A stretch of DNA of 63,805 nucleotides, counting the filler, from Octopus bimaculoides (Eukaryota), in assembly GCF_001194135.2 (NCBI RefSeq). It is 4 parts of 4 records of this genome, joined end to end, with 100 filler letters (N's around TTAATTAATTAA, not from the genome) between each part and the next. Parts side by side here need not be neighbours in the genome. Positions count along the whole stretch, not along the records: positions 16,904 to 44,941 come from NC_068993.1; positions 45,042 to 60,850 come from NC_068996.1; 2 more parts are not named here. One strand, written 5' to 3'. The notes beneath the pieces are model-generated. The model did no database searches and had not been told where the DNA came from. It was given only the letters and a program-made list of their open reading frames with translations. The position numbers and the translations under genes are program-made. Numbering within the stretch: position 1 is the first letter of the stretch; every line of letters begins with the position of its first letter. This document shows positions 40,014 through 51,010 of the stretch, one piece after another.

Positions 40014-41843
40014 NNNNNNNNNNNNNNNNNNNNNNNNNNNNNNNNNNNNNNNNNNNNNNNNNNNNNNNNNNNNNNNNNNNNNNNNNNNNNNNNNNNNNNN
40101 NNNNNNNNNNNNNNNNNNNNNNNNNNNNNNNNNNNNNNNNNNNNNNNNNNNNNNNNNNNNNNNNNNNNNNNNNNNNNNNNNNNNNNNNNNNNNNNNNNNN
40201 NNNNNNNNNNNNNNNNNNNNNNNNNNNNNNNNNNNNNNNNNNNNNNNNNNNNNNNNNNNNNNNNNNNNNNNNNNNNNNNNNNNNNNNNNNNNNNNNNNNN
40301 NNNNNNNNNNNNNNNNNNNNNNNNNNNNNNNNNNNNNNNNNNNNNNNNNNNNNNNNNNNNNATATATATATATATACGACGGGATTTTTTCAGTTTCCGT
40401 CTACCAAATCCACTCACAACGCTTTGGCAGGTCCGAGGCTATAGTAGAAGACACTTGTCTAGAGTGCCATGCAGTGGGACTGCACCCGGTTCAGGAAACA
40501 AGCTTCTTGCTACACAGCCACACATGCGCCTTTGTACATGAATTTTATACATATTTACGTATCCCCATATAGACAAAGAAAAAATGTGCTTATAGATATG
40601 GTGCATGTGCGTTTCTTCGTGTAAGTATGTTTGTGAACAAGAGCACACAAAAATTGTTTGTGGTTATTACTGTATCAGAATATAGTACTATTAGCTACAT
40701 ATCAAACTATTTATTTAATTACAGTAAATTGATTGAGGTGGTAATTTTTTACGAAGTAGTGCACACACTAAATTGTTAGTTTCAAAATTTGGCATAAGGC
40801 CAGCAATTTGGGGGTTGGAGTTAAGTCGATTATATCGAGCCCAGTGTTCAACTGGAACTTATTTTATCAATCCCAAAAGGGATGAAAGGTAAAGTTGACC
40901 CTGGAGGTATTTGGACTCAGAAACTAATGACAGACAAAATGCTGCTAAGCATTTCGCCCAGCGTGCTAACTATTCTGCCTTAAGAAAACACTAAATTGTT
41001 AATTGTTAAAGAATAAGACGCCGTGTAATATTCATGTATTTCCCATCTGCATGTATCGTATAAATATCAAATTAATGTTAAGGGCGGCGAGCTGGCAGAA
41101 CCGTTAGCACGCCGGGCAAAATACATAGCGGTATTTCGTCCGTCTGTACGTTCCGAGTTCAAATTCCGCTGAGGTCGACTTTACCTTTCATTCTTTCGGG
41201 GTTGATAAAATAATTACCAGTTAAACACTGGGGTCGATGTAATCGACTTAACCATTTCCTCTGAAATTTCAGGCCTTGTACCAAAATCTGAAACCAATAT
41301 TAAATCAATGCTAGCATTAGACTGGCATCTTATTTTATCAACTCATGAAGAATGGAAGTCGAAGTTACTTCCGACAAGTTTTGAATTTAGAACATAAAAG
41401 ACCATAACTAAATACACAAAGTATTTTGTGAGATATTCTATTTACATAACCACCCTACTTAATTATGATAATATTGTTTATCAAATCCATATCATTAGGG
41501 AGTAAATGAAATCAGTATCTCTCAAAAACAGGGAGACTAAACAAGTTAACACCGGAAGTAAATCTAGTGAGAAACATTTGAAACAATTACCATTTTGGAG
41601 TCTTCTGCAACCATATTGGTGGCATATGATGCATTTCCACATTTTATCTTTTATCTTTTACTTGTGTCAGTCACTAAACTTCGGCCATGCTGCGCCTTGA
41701 AGAAGTTTCAATCGAATGAATCGACCCCGGTACTTACTTTTTTCTTAAGCCTCGTACTTATTTTATCGGTCACTTTTGCCGAACTGCTAAGTTACAGGGA
41801 TGTAAACACACCAAAACTGGTTGTCAAGCGGTGATGGGGACAA

Positions 41844-41881
<38 letters not shown>

Positions 41882-43290
41882 GTATATCTATACATAAATA
41901 TATATNNNNNNNNNNNNNNNNNNNNNNNNNNNNNNNNNNNNNNNNNNNNNNNNNNNNNNNNNNNNNNNNNNNNNNNNNNNNNNNNNNNNNNNNNNNNNNN
42001 NNNNNNNNNNATATATATATATATATATACACATATATACGACTTGCTTCTTTCGGTATCCGTCTACTAAATCCACTCACAAGGTTTTGGTCAGCTTGTG
42101 GCTATAGTAGAAGACACTTGCCCAAGGTGCCATGCAGTGGGACTGGACCTGGAACCATGTTGTCTGGAAGCAAGTTTCTTACCATATAGTCACGCCTGAA
42201 ACTTCTCATCTGAATATAAAGCGTCCAGACAACTGTTCGTATCCTACCATAAGTAAAGCAATCTCCTCCTTTTAACGACCCCAAATGCAGAATTAGAAAG
42301 AAAAGAAACCCCACACAAGTAATATGAGCTATAATGTGTGTACGACAAACCTATATATTGTAGTGCACTTCCTCTTCTAGTGTTCTTTTATACCACCATC
42401 TCCAGCACCCACAATAACATAATGCTATTAATGTATAATTATACGTGATTTCTTAAATATGATAATTAAATATTGCAAGCTGAGTGAAAGACAAAAGCAT
42501 CAAACGCAAAGAATACAAAATAATAACCACATCTTAACTGATCTATAATTAGAATACTTTTAAAAAAATATTCATAATTATTTTCTTGTTCTTGTTTTAA
42601 TCGTAAGTGACGCTGGCAATAATCTATATAGCTTCTTCTAAAGTAATTATCATAACACAGTAATTAGTTGACAACTGATAATATGTTTCAATGTAAGTGT
42701 AAATATTAATTGATATCTTAAATCAGAATCAAAGACTTCAGCATTGTGGCCTTTGGTAACTTAAATTTGGATTTTCAAAACAAATATTTATTCAATGAGA
42801 AAATATTGAAAATCTCATTGATTTTCGAAAAAATGTATCAAATCTGTTTTTATATAAACAACGCTGACTGAACTTTATTTCAGATGTCTGTATGTGTTTA
42901 TCCTCACATTAGAAATGTAAATTTGTTTGAATTTTGAATTTCTTATTTTTATGTGTATGTCTTTATATACAGAAAAATTATGTGTATATGTACATGTGTA
43001 TGTTTGCATATATGTATATGTGTACTGATGAGGTTAAATATTAACAATATTTATTACAGATTTTCGTTGTAGTTACAGTAACACAAAAGAAACTTAAAAA
43101 ATAACATTCTTACGTCTGTGAATTTGAGCATATCCATTTTCGTCATTAAAGTGTAGATATTCATTGTTTACGGAGATATCAAGAACATATTCATCTGTAT
43201 GAGGGTATCTCATTCTTATTTCAACGTTGCTTTCTCGTTGGGATCGTATAGCCACTGCTACCAGAGTGGTGAATTGTTTGGGCATAGAAG
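18027..43290 (-). CDS. SUSD2/Mesh-like type I membrane protein (VWD + Sushi + TM), 5'-partial, 6 confident coding exons
   Basis: Exons 43114-43290, 37845-37981, 29139-29211, 28011-28250, 26528-26719 and 18027-18153 all have AG/GT ends and compatible phases (1-1, 1-0, 0-1, 1-1, 1-1, 1-2). They splice into one open frame: [315 protein letters not shown]. Domain order and motifs match the SUSD2/Mesh family as recalled, not as searched. Confidence 0.88.
19129..19353. mobile_element. Fold-back MITE (about 105-bp arms)
   Basis: GGGGAGAGTCATTTTCTTATTGTGCCTTAA at the left end pairs with TTAAGGCACAATAAGAAAATGACTCTCCCC at the right end. Arms pair almost to the centre. Confidence 0.85.
19695..20105 (-). 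mobile_element. SINE family A, full length
   Basis: Near-identical reverse complement of 12469-12850 with CpGs intact. Confidence 0.9.
20309..20526 (-). mobile_element. SINE family C, 3' part
   Basis: GTGGCACTCGGTCGGTTACGACGACGAGGGTTCCAGTTGATCCGATC block shared with 14680. Confidence 0.82.
26528..26719 (-). CDS. SUSD2-like exon E (Sushi/CCP domain)
   Basis: Acceptor ttataactcacAG, donor GTaagt, 192 nt, phase 1-1. Has four Cys and the conserved Trp: [27 protein letters not shown].......EWNP....KC. Confidence 0.92.
26990..27965 (-). mobile_element. Cluster of 4-5 same-orientation SINE family B copies
   Basis: Copies at about 26990-27118, 27140-27352, 27441-27614 and 27620-27823, plus a partial copy at 27880-27965. 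Each is a reverse complement of GGCGGCGAGCTGGCAGAA..GAGTTCAAAT. Confidence 0.82.
28011..28250 (-). CDS. SUSD2-like exon D (post-VWD Cys linker)
   Basis: Acceptor gttcttcaccAG, donor GTacgt, 240 nt, phase 1-1. Encodes [23 protein letters not shown], resembling the A..LC....C.FD.A.TG motif of SUSD2/Mesh/MUC4. Confidence 0.88.
29139..29211 (-). CDS. SUSD2-like exon C (VWD GLLG motif)
   Basis: Acceptor ttgtattcttcAG, donor GTaagt, 73 nt, phase 0-1. Encodes [17 protein letters not shown], the canonical VWD GLLG.WN.DPTDD motif. Confidence 0.9.
30208..30360 (+). mobile_element. Mariner-type MITE, 5' part
   Basis: TACGAAGAGGTGGTGAAAAGTTC TIR. Homologous to 33482-33701. Confidence 0.6.
30740..31194 (+). 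mobile_element. Mariner (DD34D) transposase C-terminal remnant with 3' TIR
   Basis: Reads [39 protein letters not shown] and [15 protein letters not shown]. Ends CCTTTTCACTCTACCTCGTA. Confidence 0.85.
32040..32222 (+). mobile_element. PLE 3'UTR-type dispersed repeat, copy 2 (intronic, antisense to host gene)
   Basis: Same conserved block as 150-312. Ends in (TA)n at an N gap. Confidence 0.5.
32088..32125 (+). ncRNA. Minimal type I hammerhead-like motif, copy 2 (CUGUCGA core)
   Basis: CCTTT-CTGTCGA-A-GAGT(GTAG)GCTC-GAA-ACGT-A-AAAGA. Palindromic ACGT helix III and a GUA cleavage triplet. Confidence 0.55.
33482..33701. mobile_element. Mariner-type MITE, complete
   Basis: TIRs GGGTGCTGAAAAGTT and AACTTTTCAGCACCCCTTCGTA, with TA flanks. 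Confidence 0.8.
33950..34040 (+). repeat. 15-bp purine minisatellite (AAAGAAGAGGAGGAG)n
   Basis: About 5 tandem units. Confidence 0.8.
34880..34970 (+). repeat. 18-bp minisatellite (ACATACATATATGTACAA)n
   Basis: About 4-5 tandem units. Confidence 0.8.
35169..35401 (+). mobile_element. tRNA-derived SINE family B, full length
   Basis: A-box TGGCAGAAACG, B-box GAGTTCAAATTCC, central GTCGACTTTGCCTTTCATC..GGGGTCGA block and AAAGAAATAAG end. Confidence 0.9.
37115..37486 (+). mobile_element. Non-LTR retrotransposon restriction-like endonuclease (RLE) domain fragment (R2/R4/NeSL-type)
   Basis: Open frame containing [22 protein letters not shown] and IPVIVEALG, the RLE PD..D/E-x-K pattern. Confidence 0.85.
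37845..37981 (-). CDS. SUSD2-like exon B (VWD domain)
   Basis: Acceptor caattgttttcAG, donor GTaagt, 137 nt, phase 1-0. Encodes [31 protein letters not shown], matching the VWD pattern F.SG..V.V....L...V.LP. Confidence 0.88.
39130..39488 (-). mobile_element. SINE family C
   Basis: Homolog of 14680-15048. Confidence 0.88.
39715..40530 (-). mobile_element. SINE family A spanning an N gap
   Basis: 3' part at 39715-39960 and 5' part at 40370-40530 flank a microsatellite gap. Confidence 0.8.
40780..40980 (-). mobile_element. SINE family B (diverged)
   Basis: Reverse complement of the family B head and core. Confidence 0.75.
41082..41300 (+). mobile_element. SINE family B
   Basis: GGGCGGCGAGCTGGCAGAA..GAGTTCAAATTCC. 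Confidence 0.85.
41650..42200 (-). mobile_element. SINE family A spanning an N gap
   Basis: Homolog of 19695-20105. Confidence 0.8.
43114..43290 (-). CDS. SUSD2-like exon A (VWD domain, N-terminal half)
   Basis: Acceptor tcctaatttgtAG, donor GTaaga, 177 nt, phase 1-1. Encodes [32 protein letters not shown], matching the VWD pattern FTAVA...IEV...LDVLVNGE. Confidence 0.85.
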
Positions 43291-44074
43291 CTACAAATTA
43301 GGAAAACATACAATACAGATTTATTTGTCTCGTATAATTAATAACAAATCCTTCAACTGTTTATTCGCTAAGGAGGAATAACGAGGCCGAAATATACTCA
43401 GTCATTACCGTACAATCAGACAAACTCCTCATTACACGTCACCTTTAAAATTTTAATCAGTTTTAATTTTGGAGTTCTCTCACTTGCTTTTCTAGAAAGC
43501 AATTCTCATTAAGAGTGTCCTAATAGTTGCAGATAACCTTATTTCGTTTTTCTTATGAGCTCCTCAACGCTCATGATTATTTTCTTTTCTTATTACGGAT
43601 GTATTTTCAATAGGTTTCAAATTCTTTTTACGATTACATTACGTCAACGCACTCCTACCTAATATGTTGCTGTGTTCTTTTTTCTTTCAAGATTATTGTA
43701 GCGATATGAAAGAGATTTAACTGTTGTTTCTAGAAAATCAAGCGACCACGTAGAGTCGTATTCTCGGGCTCGAAGCATCATTGTACGTAGCTGCTGATAA
43801 TAACATAAAATTTGATAAATATGATTATACTATTTTTCCTTTCAAATCCATTGGTTTTCACTCCTCAGTTATCATATCACATTATTCACCACTTGAGATA
43901 TCTAGAGTTAGCAAAATCAGTAAGATGTACAGAGGTCAAAATAGTTGGTCCCTTGTAGAATGAGTTAGGATTTTGTTCTCATGAAGTAACTAATTGACGT
44001 ACGTTGAAATGGTTTCCGAATTGAAACTAGGACTCTCCGCTAATGAAGCTATCACATATTTTTTTTTCCACTAG

Positions 44075-44272
44075 GCACAAGGCCTGAAATTTTTGGTAAG
44101 GCGGTCAGTCAATTAAATCGATCCCAGTAATTCACTGGTACTTAATTTATCAACCCCGAAAGGATAAGAGGCAATGTCGACCTCGGCGGAATTTGAACTT
44201 AGAACGTAAAGACAGACGAAATACCGCCAAGTATTTCGCCCGGCGTGCTAACGTTCTTGCCAACTCGCCGCA
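44075..44272 (-). mobile_element. SINE family B
   Basis: Reverse complement of 41082-41300. Confidence 0.82.
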
Positions 44273-44891
44273 TATTAAATGCACACCTTGCACTTTATGT
44301 TGCTGAATTCTACTTTCTTCACATACTGTATGCATAATTAATTCCTTTCATCTTTTGAGTTTTATAATATCGTGACGGAAAAGCAGTTTAATTATCAGTT
44401 TCGAAAGACAACCAATCAGCTAACACAATATGAANNNNNNNNNNNNNNNNNNNNNNNNNNNNNNNNNNNNNNNNNNNNNNNNNNNNNNNNNNNNNNNNNN
44501 NNNNNNNNNNNNNNNNNNNNNNNNNNNNNNNNNNNNNNNNNNNNNNNNNNNNNNNNNNNNNNNNNNNNNNNNNNNNNTATATATTTGTATGTATATATAT
44601 ATTATATGTTTGTATATATATTCTATACATAGAGGCAAAAATATTTTCATAAATTTACACACACGCACATATACACGCATATATATATATATATAATGCA
44701 TGAATAAATATACATATATACAATAATACAAATATACATACTTATATACATTCACACTAATTTACAAAAATATATACGTACGTACATATATATGTATGTA
44801 TGTATGTACATATGTATGTATGCATGTATGTATGTATATATGTATGCATGTATGTATATATATATATGTATGTATGTATTATGTATGTATA

Positions 44892-44941
<50 letters not shown>

Positions 44942-45041
44942 NNNNNNNNNNNNNNNNNNNNNNNNNNNNNNNNNNNNNNNNNNNNTTAATTAATTAANNN
45001 NNNNNNNNNNNNNNNNNNNNNNNNNNNNNNNNNNNNNNNNN
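44942..45041. other. Artificial 100-nt assembly linker
   Basis: N44-TTAATTAATTAA-N44. Confidence 0.95.
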
Positions 45042-45327
45042 GCCAGTGCCCCTGGACTGGCTCTTGTGCGGGTGGCACATAAAAAACACCATTTTGAGCA
45101 TGGCCGTTGCCAGTACCGCCTGACTGGCCTTCGTGCCGGTGATACGTAAAAGCACCCACTACACTCTCTGAGTGGTTGGCGTTAGGAAGGGCATCCAGCT
45201 GTAGAAACTCTGCCAAATCAGATTGGAGCCTGGTGTAGCCATCTGGTTCACCAGTCCTCAGTCAAATCGTCCAACCCATGCTAGTATGGAAAGCGGACAT
45301 TAAATGATGATGATGATGATGATGATG
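45042..45327 (+). repeat. Retroposon 3' tail ending in (GAT)n (probably RTE-related)
   Basis: GTTAGGAAGGGCATCCAGCTGTAGAAA..CCAACCCATGCTAG block and (GAT)n tail. Fragments of the same block recur near 47250-47320 and 50380-50420. Confidence 0.6.
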
Positions 45328-45737
45328 TGTTAAGGTATCCCATAGAGACTCAACAAGTATGATAGAAAATGGAAAAGAGAAGATGTTAAAATTTAAAAGA
45401 ATTTTAATACATGCATGCGATCATTTCGAACAGCGATATCAGCATGTAAATAACATGGTAGAATAATTAAAATTAATTTGATTAAATTAAATTAATTAAA
45501 TATCACTGTTCTCCTCAGTGCAAGTAGTATACGACAGGAATTATTATTATTACAGAAGACTTGAAAGAAATAGTAGATAACAAATTCGGATATACATATT
45601 CTATCCTTATGAAAAATTGAAAACAAACTGAAGAATGTTGTTGAGTCTAGTTGTGTATAAACTAAAACTGATGCAGCTAACGGTTATTTGAAGATATGAG
45701 TGAGAAATGTTTAAGATACGTTCCCTCTATATAATAA

Positions 45738-46131
45738 TAAGTAGATAAGTAATTTAAACTCCAAATAAGTCATTTATCATAGAAAGTTTATTAGAGGTGT
45801 CCAATGGAAAGGCATAATTATGTTTGAATTAGGATATAAATTGACAGTTATAAGTAGTATTAGATATGGTGTGTATTTAAAAAAAAATGTTTTGTGTGAG
45901 AATGAAATTAAAACTAGTGGATGTAGCAGCCTACTAAATATTACTACATCCACTAGTTTTAATTTCATTCTCACACAAAACATTTTTTTTAAATACACAC
46001 CATACCTAATATTACTTATAACTGTCAATTTGTATCCTAATTCAAACAAAACTATGCCTTACCATTGGACATCTCTATAAAACTTCCCCTAATAAATGAC
46101 TTATTTGGCATTTAAATTACTTATCTACTTA
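45738..46131. mobile_element. Large fold-back element (about 190-bp arms, 17-nt loop)
   Basis: TAAGTAGATAAGTAATTTAAA at the left end pairs with TTTAAATTACTTATCTACTTA at the right end. Arms pair inward to GGATGTAG / CTACATCC (loop 45927-45943). Confidence 0.9.
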
Positions 46132-46138
46132 CAATCAA

Positions 46139-46177
<39 letters not shown>

Positions 46178-46529
46178 CACACACACGTACGCACACACAC
46201 ACACATGCACACACACACACACACATGCACACACGCGCATGCGNNNNNNNNNNTCTCAGATATGTGACAAAAAATTTCCAGACAATGGACATGAGTTAAA
46301 ATAATAAAATAAGAACAGTAATAAAGAGCAATGAAAAAATATATAGTGCATGTGTTTATTTGACAAAAAAAAAAAGTAAAGAAAAGAAAATTACCATCTT
46401 GAAATGCAACAATATCTGTTTCAATACATGATTTCACACCAGGTAACTTGCAAAACGAATTAATAAATGTAACATATATATATACATATACATATATATA
46501 TACATATATACATACATATACATATATGT

Positions 46530-46900
46530 TGTTGTTGGCACTCAGTCGAGGGTTCCAGTCGATCCGATCAACGGAACAGACTGCTCGTGAAATTAATGTG
46601 CAAGTGGCTGAGCACTCCACAGACACGTGTACCCTAAACATAGTTCTCAGGGATATTCAGCGTGACACAGTGTAACAAGGCTGACCCTTTCAAATACAGG
46701 CACAATAGAAACAGGAAGTAAGAGTGAGAGAAAGTTGTGGTGAAAGAATACAGCAGGGTTCGACACCATCCCCTGCCAGAGCCTCGTGGAGCTTTTAGGT
46801 GTTTTCGCTCAATAAACACTCACAATGCCTGGTCTGGGAATTGAAACCGCGATCCTATGACCGCAAGTCCGCTGCCCTAACCACTGGGCCATTGCACCTC
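46530..46900 (-). mobile_element. SINE family C (partly CpG-decayed)
   Basis: Homolog of 39130-39488. Confidence 0.85.
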
Positions 46901-47329
46901 CACATATACATATATACATATATAAAAATATTTATATATTCCCTGATCAAGAATGTACATCCTAACATAGACTAGTCATTAGTGAGTTTAGACTCCAGGC
47001 AAGGATCAGGAAGCTTAAGGACACTTCATGTAGTCAGAGATTTAAGGACATTCTAACTGAGAAATTTGATGAGAGGGAGGAGCAGCTACAAACTTGTGAT
47101 ATAGAAGACAACTGGGAATCCCTGCGAGACAGCTTGCTGAGTGCCATGGGCGAAATCTGTGACTGGTGCAAATCCCTTCCAGACCTAGGGTAATGTAGTG
47201 GTGGAACAATACCATAGGCAGGGACATTAGAGCAAAGAAACAAGCCTACTGTTAAACCATCTGAACTATGCTAGCATGGAAGATGGATATTATATGATGA
47301 CCATGATGATGATGATGATGATTCTATCT

Positions 47330-47470
47330 GATGCTCTAACAAGTTTGTCAATTGAAAGGAAGTTAATATTATCTTACTTTTATCGGAAGGGTGATAGGGA
47401 AAATCTGAGAAACTATTGTCCCATATACGTTGTCTTACCACTGCAAATGTTTACAAATGTCATAGTCATG

Positions 47471-47505
<35 letters not shown>

Positions 47506-48770
47506 GACTTTTGAACCATCTTGATGACAATGAAGGGAACAAGCAGGTTTTTGGAACAACTATGGCAGGATAGACTACATATTAACTCTAACTCAGCAAA
47601 AACCAGTGAAAGAGTATCAGCTGCCTCTTTATGTCATCTTTATAGATTAAAAAAGGGCCTTTGACAGCATTGAGATGAATGTAGTACTGAAGGATTTAGA
47701 AATGCAAGGAATGAGGCACAATACATTGAAACAAAGAGATGTTATCTCTCTATAGTTCTCTGAATGTCTTGAAACAGTCATCTGAAACACTGACTAGAAA
47801 GGTAGCATCAACATCAACAGTGAACTACTAACACAGCTCTGATTTGCAGATGAGAATGTGCACATTGAAGAAACCTCAGAGCAGCTACAAACAATGCTGA
47901 TAAAACCATTCACCCAGAGTTTGGCAGTAGACTTTAAAATAAACTGCAGGACAACAAATGGCACAAGTTCTGAAAATGTACCATAAAGTTTAATAGCGGT
48001 GGTAAGATTGGAAAGTGAAGAGGTGAAAGAACACATTTACTTGGGACAAAAGGCGGCGAGCTGGCAGAAACGTTAGCACGCCAGGCGAAATGCTTAGCAG
48101 TATTTTGTCTGCCGTTATGTTCTGAGTACAAATTCTGCCGAGGTCAACTTTGCCTTTCATCCTTTTGGGGTCAATAAATAAAGTACCAGTTACGCACTGG
48201 GGTCGATGTAATCAACTTAATCCCGTTGTCTGTCCTTGTTTGTCCCCTCTATGTTTAGCCCCTTGTGGGCAATAAAGAAATAAGAGAGTGAATACTGAAT
48301 ATTGAAATTTTGTGCAGAACAAGAGCAAGGTAGAAAGAATTTGCTATCTCGATCAAAGATGAGTTCACAGGTGGTCAAGAGTGTGTGTGACAATATCATC
48401 AATATTACCATCATATTATCACTATTTTGCTTAAGTGAGATGCGGGAAGATCAGCAAATAACAGTGAGGCCATGGAAAGATCCATGCCAGAAATATCATT
48501 GTGGAAGCATAATCAAAGCAAGGTAATTAGGAAATGAAGCAGAATGAAAAAAACACAAGTTTTTCTGGGGTGGACATATCTCAAGGCTCACAAACAACTG
48601 TTAGATTTATGCAGTGTCAAGTAGTATCAAATAAGATTAGACAAGTCCAATTGGAAGACCACCAATTCAACAAAAAGATGACATAGGCAAAAAGTTATGG
48701 CCTAAATGAAAGAGAAGGATGCAATAAGGAGGAAGAATAGAAGTGCATTGTGACCAGCAATGTTTAAGAA
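47330..48770 (+). pseudogene. Heavily degraded RTE LINE reverse transcriptase
   Basis: Reads KGDRENLRNYCPI, FID.KRAFDSIE, LRFADE and a final GHISR..GRPP-type end. Interrupted by a SINE at 48052. Confidence 0.6.
48052..48282 (+). mobile_element. SINE family B, full length
   Basis: Near-identical to 35169-35401. Confidence 0.9.
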
Positions 48771-50021
48771 AATAACTGACACTGCTACTTATCTGTAGTA
48801 TTTGATTAAAGAAACAAAATGTATACATAAACACTTATAATATAACCAAACAAAAGATTAATCTGGTCGATAGAGCAATAATGAAGTCCTTCAAGAAATT
48901 TGAGACCTGGTGTTTGTCTTATAAATCAATATTTTTGTTATTTTGACGCAACAATAAAAATGTGAATATAACAGAGTATGTGTGTTTACACAATAATTAT
49001 CATGTGCATCGTTATAAACTATAAAATGTTAATGCCCATACCGAAAAAGAAGAATATAAGAGTGAGATGACTTTGAAGATCAGGATGTAAGGATATTCAT
49101 TCATGACAAAAGACATAGGTTTTAGGGGTTGTGACACTGGCAGTTCTGAAGACTAGAAGAAAAGTCTGGGACCGCTGAATCAAAACAACCCTAAAGTATC
49201 CATTTTAGAAAAGACTGATTTAATAAACTCTCTCTTTCTGCTGATTAGTGGTGCACTTGTGTGCCATCATGATCTGCTTGTGTGTCACAAAGTTGTAAGG
49301 CAAATTGGAAAATGCTAAGATATCCAGAAAACTAGTGTAATTTTGCCACATGTATATCCCTTTACAGTACAAAGCAGTGTGTGTGGGTGTGTGTGTGTGT
49401 GTGTAAACACGATTAGGTGAAAAGCGCTTTATTTAATTTATAAAACATGTGACATTAATAAAAATCTGTAAATGTACAAACATCCAGATTTCTGAGTACC
49501 TTAAAATTTTTTCTGTATAATTTCTGTACATCACCTCCNNNNNNNNNNNNNNNNNNNNNNNNNNNNNNNNNNNNNNNNNNNNNNNNNNNNNNNNNNNNNN
49601 NNNNNNNNNNNNNNNNNNNNNNNNNNNNNNNNNNNNNNNNNNNNNNNNNNNNNNNNNNNNNNNNNNNNNNNNNNNNNNNNNNNNNNNNNNNNNNNNNNNN
49701 NNNNNNNNNNNNNNNNNNNNNNNNNNNNNNNNNNNNNNNNNNNNNNNNNNNNNNNNNNNNNNNNNNNNNNNNNNNNNNNNNNNNNNNNNNNNNNNNNNNN
49801 NNNNNNNNNNNNNNNNNNNNNNNNNNNNNNNNNNNNNNNNNNNNNNNNNNNNNNNNNNNNNNNNNNNNNNNNNNNNNNNNNNNNNNNNNNNNNNNNNNNN
49901 NNNNNNNNNNNNNNNNNNNNNNNNNNNNNNNNNNNNNNNNNNNNNNNNNNNNNNNNNNNNNNNNNNNNNNNNNNNNNNNNNNNNNNNNNNNNNNNNNNNN
50001 NTATATATATATATATATTAT

Positions 50022-50340
50022 TGGAGGCACAATGGCCCAGTGGTTAGGGCAGCGGACTCGCGGTCGGAGGATCACGGTTTTGATTCCCAGACCAGTTGTG
50101 TGTGTTTATTGAGTGAAAACACCTAAAGCTCCACAAGGCTCTGGCAGGGGGTTGTGGTGACCCCTGTTGTACTCTTTTGCACCAACTTTTTCTCACTCTT
50201 TCTTCCTGTTTCTTGAGTAATGCTGTGCAATGGAATGGTGTCCCATCCAGCTGGGGGGAATGCATATGCCATAGAAACTGGGAAACCAGGCCTCTGAGCC
50301 TGGCTAGGGCTTGAAAAGGGCACATAAATAAATAAAAAAA
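50022..50340 (+). mobile_element. SINE family C (CpG-decayed variant)
   Basis: GGAGGCACAATGGCCCAGTGGTTAGGGCAGCGG head and AATAAATAAA end. Confidence 0.82.
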
Positions 50341-50607
50341 TATTCACATTACTTGGAAACAGTTGAGGGTTCATTACAGGAAGAGCATCCTGCCATAGAA
50401 AATCTGCTTCAACAAATTCTGCTATTGAAAGAAATACTATGTGCATTATTAAAGTACACTGGAATTATTACTGAATATATATTTTTCATGTATATTGTTA
50501 CTTCAACCATGACATGTTATACATGGGCTTTCTTAGATTATTGTATAACTTCCAGGTTATTCGTGACATTTTAGTGAGTCTATCAGGATTGTTTGTTTCA
50601 CTGAAAA

Positions 50608-51010
50608 CAGGAGTGGCTGTGTGGTAAGTAGCTTGCTTACCAACCACATGGTTCTGGGTTCAGTCCCACTGCGTGGCACCTTGGGCAAGTGTCTTCTACT
50701 ATAGCCTCAGGCCAACCAAAGCCTTGTGAGTGGATTTGGTAGGCAAAAACTGAAAGAAGCCTGTCGTATATATGTATATATATATGAATGTGTGTGTATA
50801 TGTTTGTGTGTCTGTGTTTGTCCTCCCAACTTCACTTGACAACCGATGCTGGTGTGTTTACGTCCCCGTAACTTAGCGGTTCGGCAAAAAGAGACCGATA
50901 GAACAAGTACTAGGCTTACAAAGAATGAGTCCTGGGGTCGATTTGCTTGACTAAAGGTGGTGCTCCAGCATGGCCGTAGTCAAATGACTGAAACAAGTAA
51001 AAGAGTAAAC
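50608..51010 (+). mobile_element. SINE family A, full length, CpG-decayed
   Basis: Homolog of 12469 with several CG to TG/CA changes. Confidence 0.9.

Noticed and set aside
41490-41610. RFTSGVNLF-like peptide resembling a VWD strand
   Set aside because: It needs frameshifts, and the true VWD exon with clean splice sites lies at 37845-37981.
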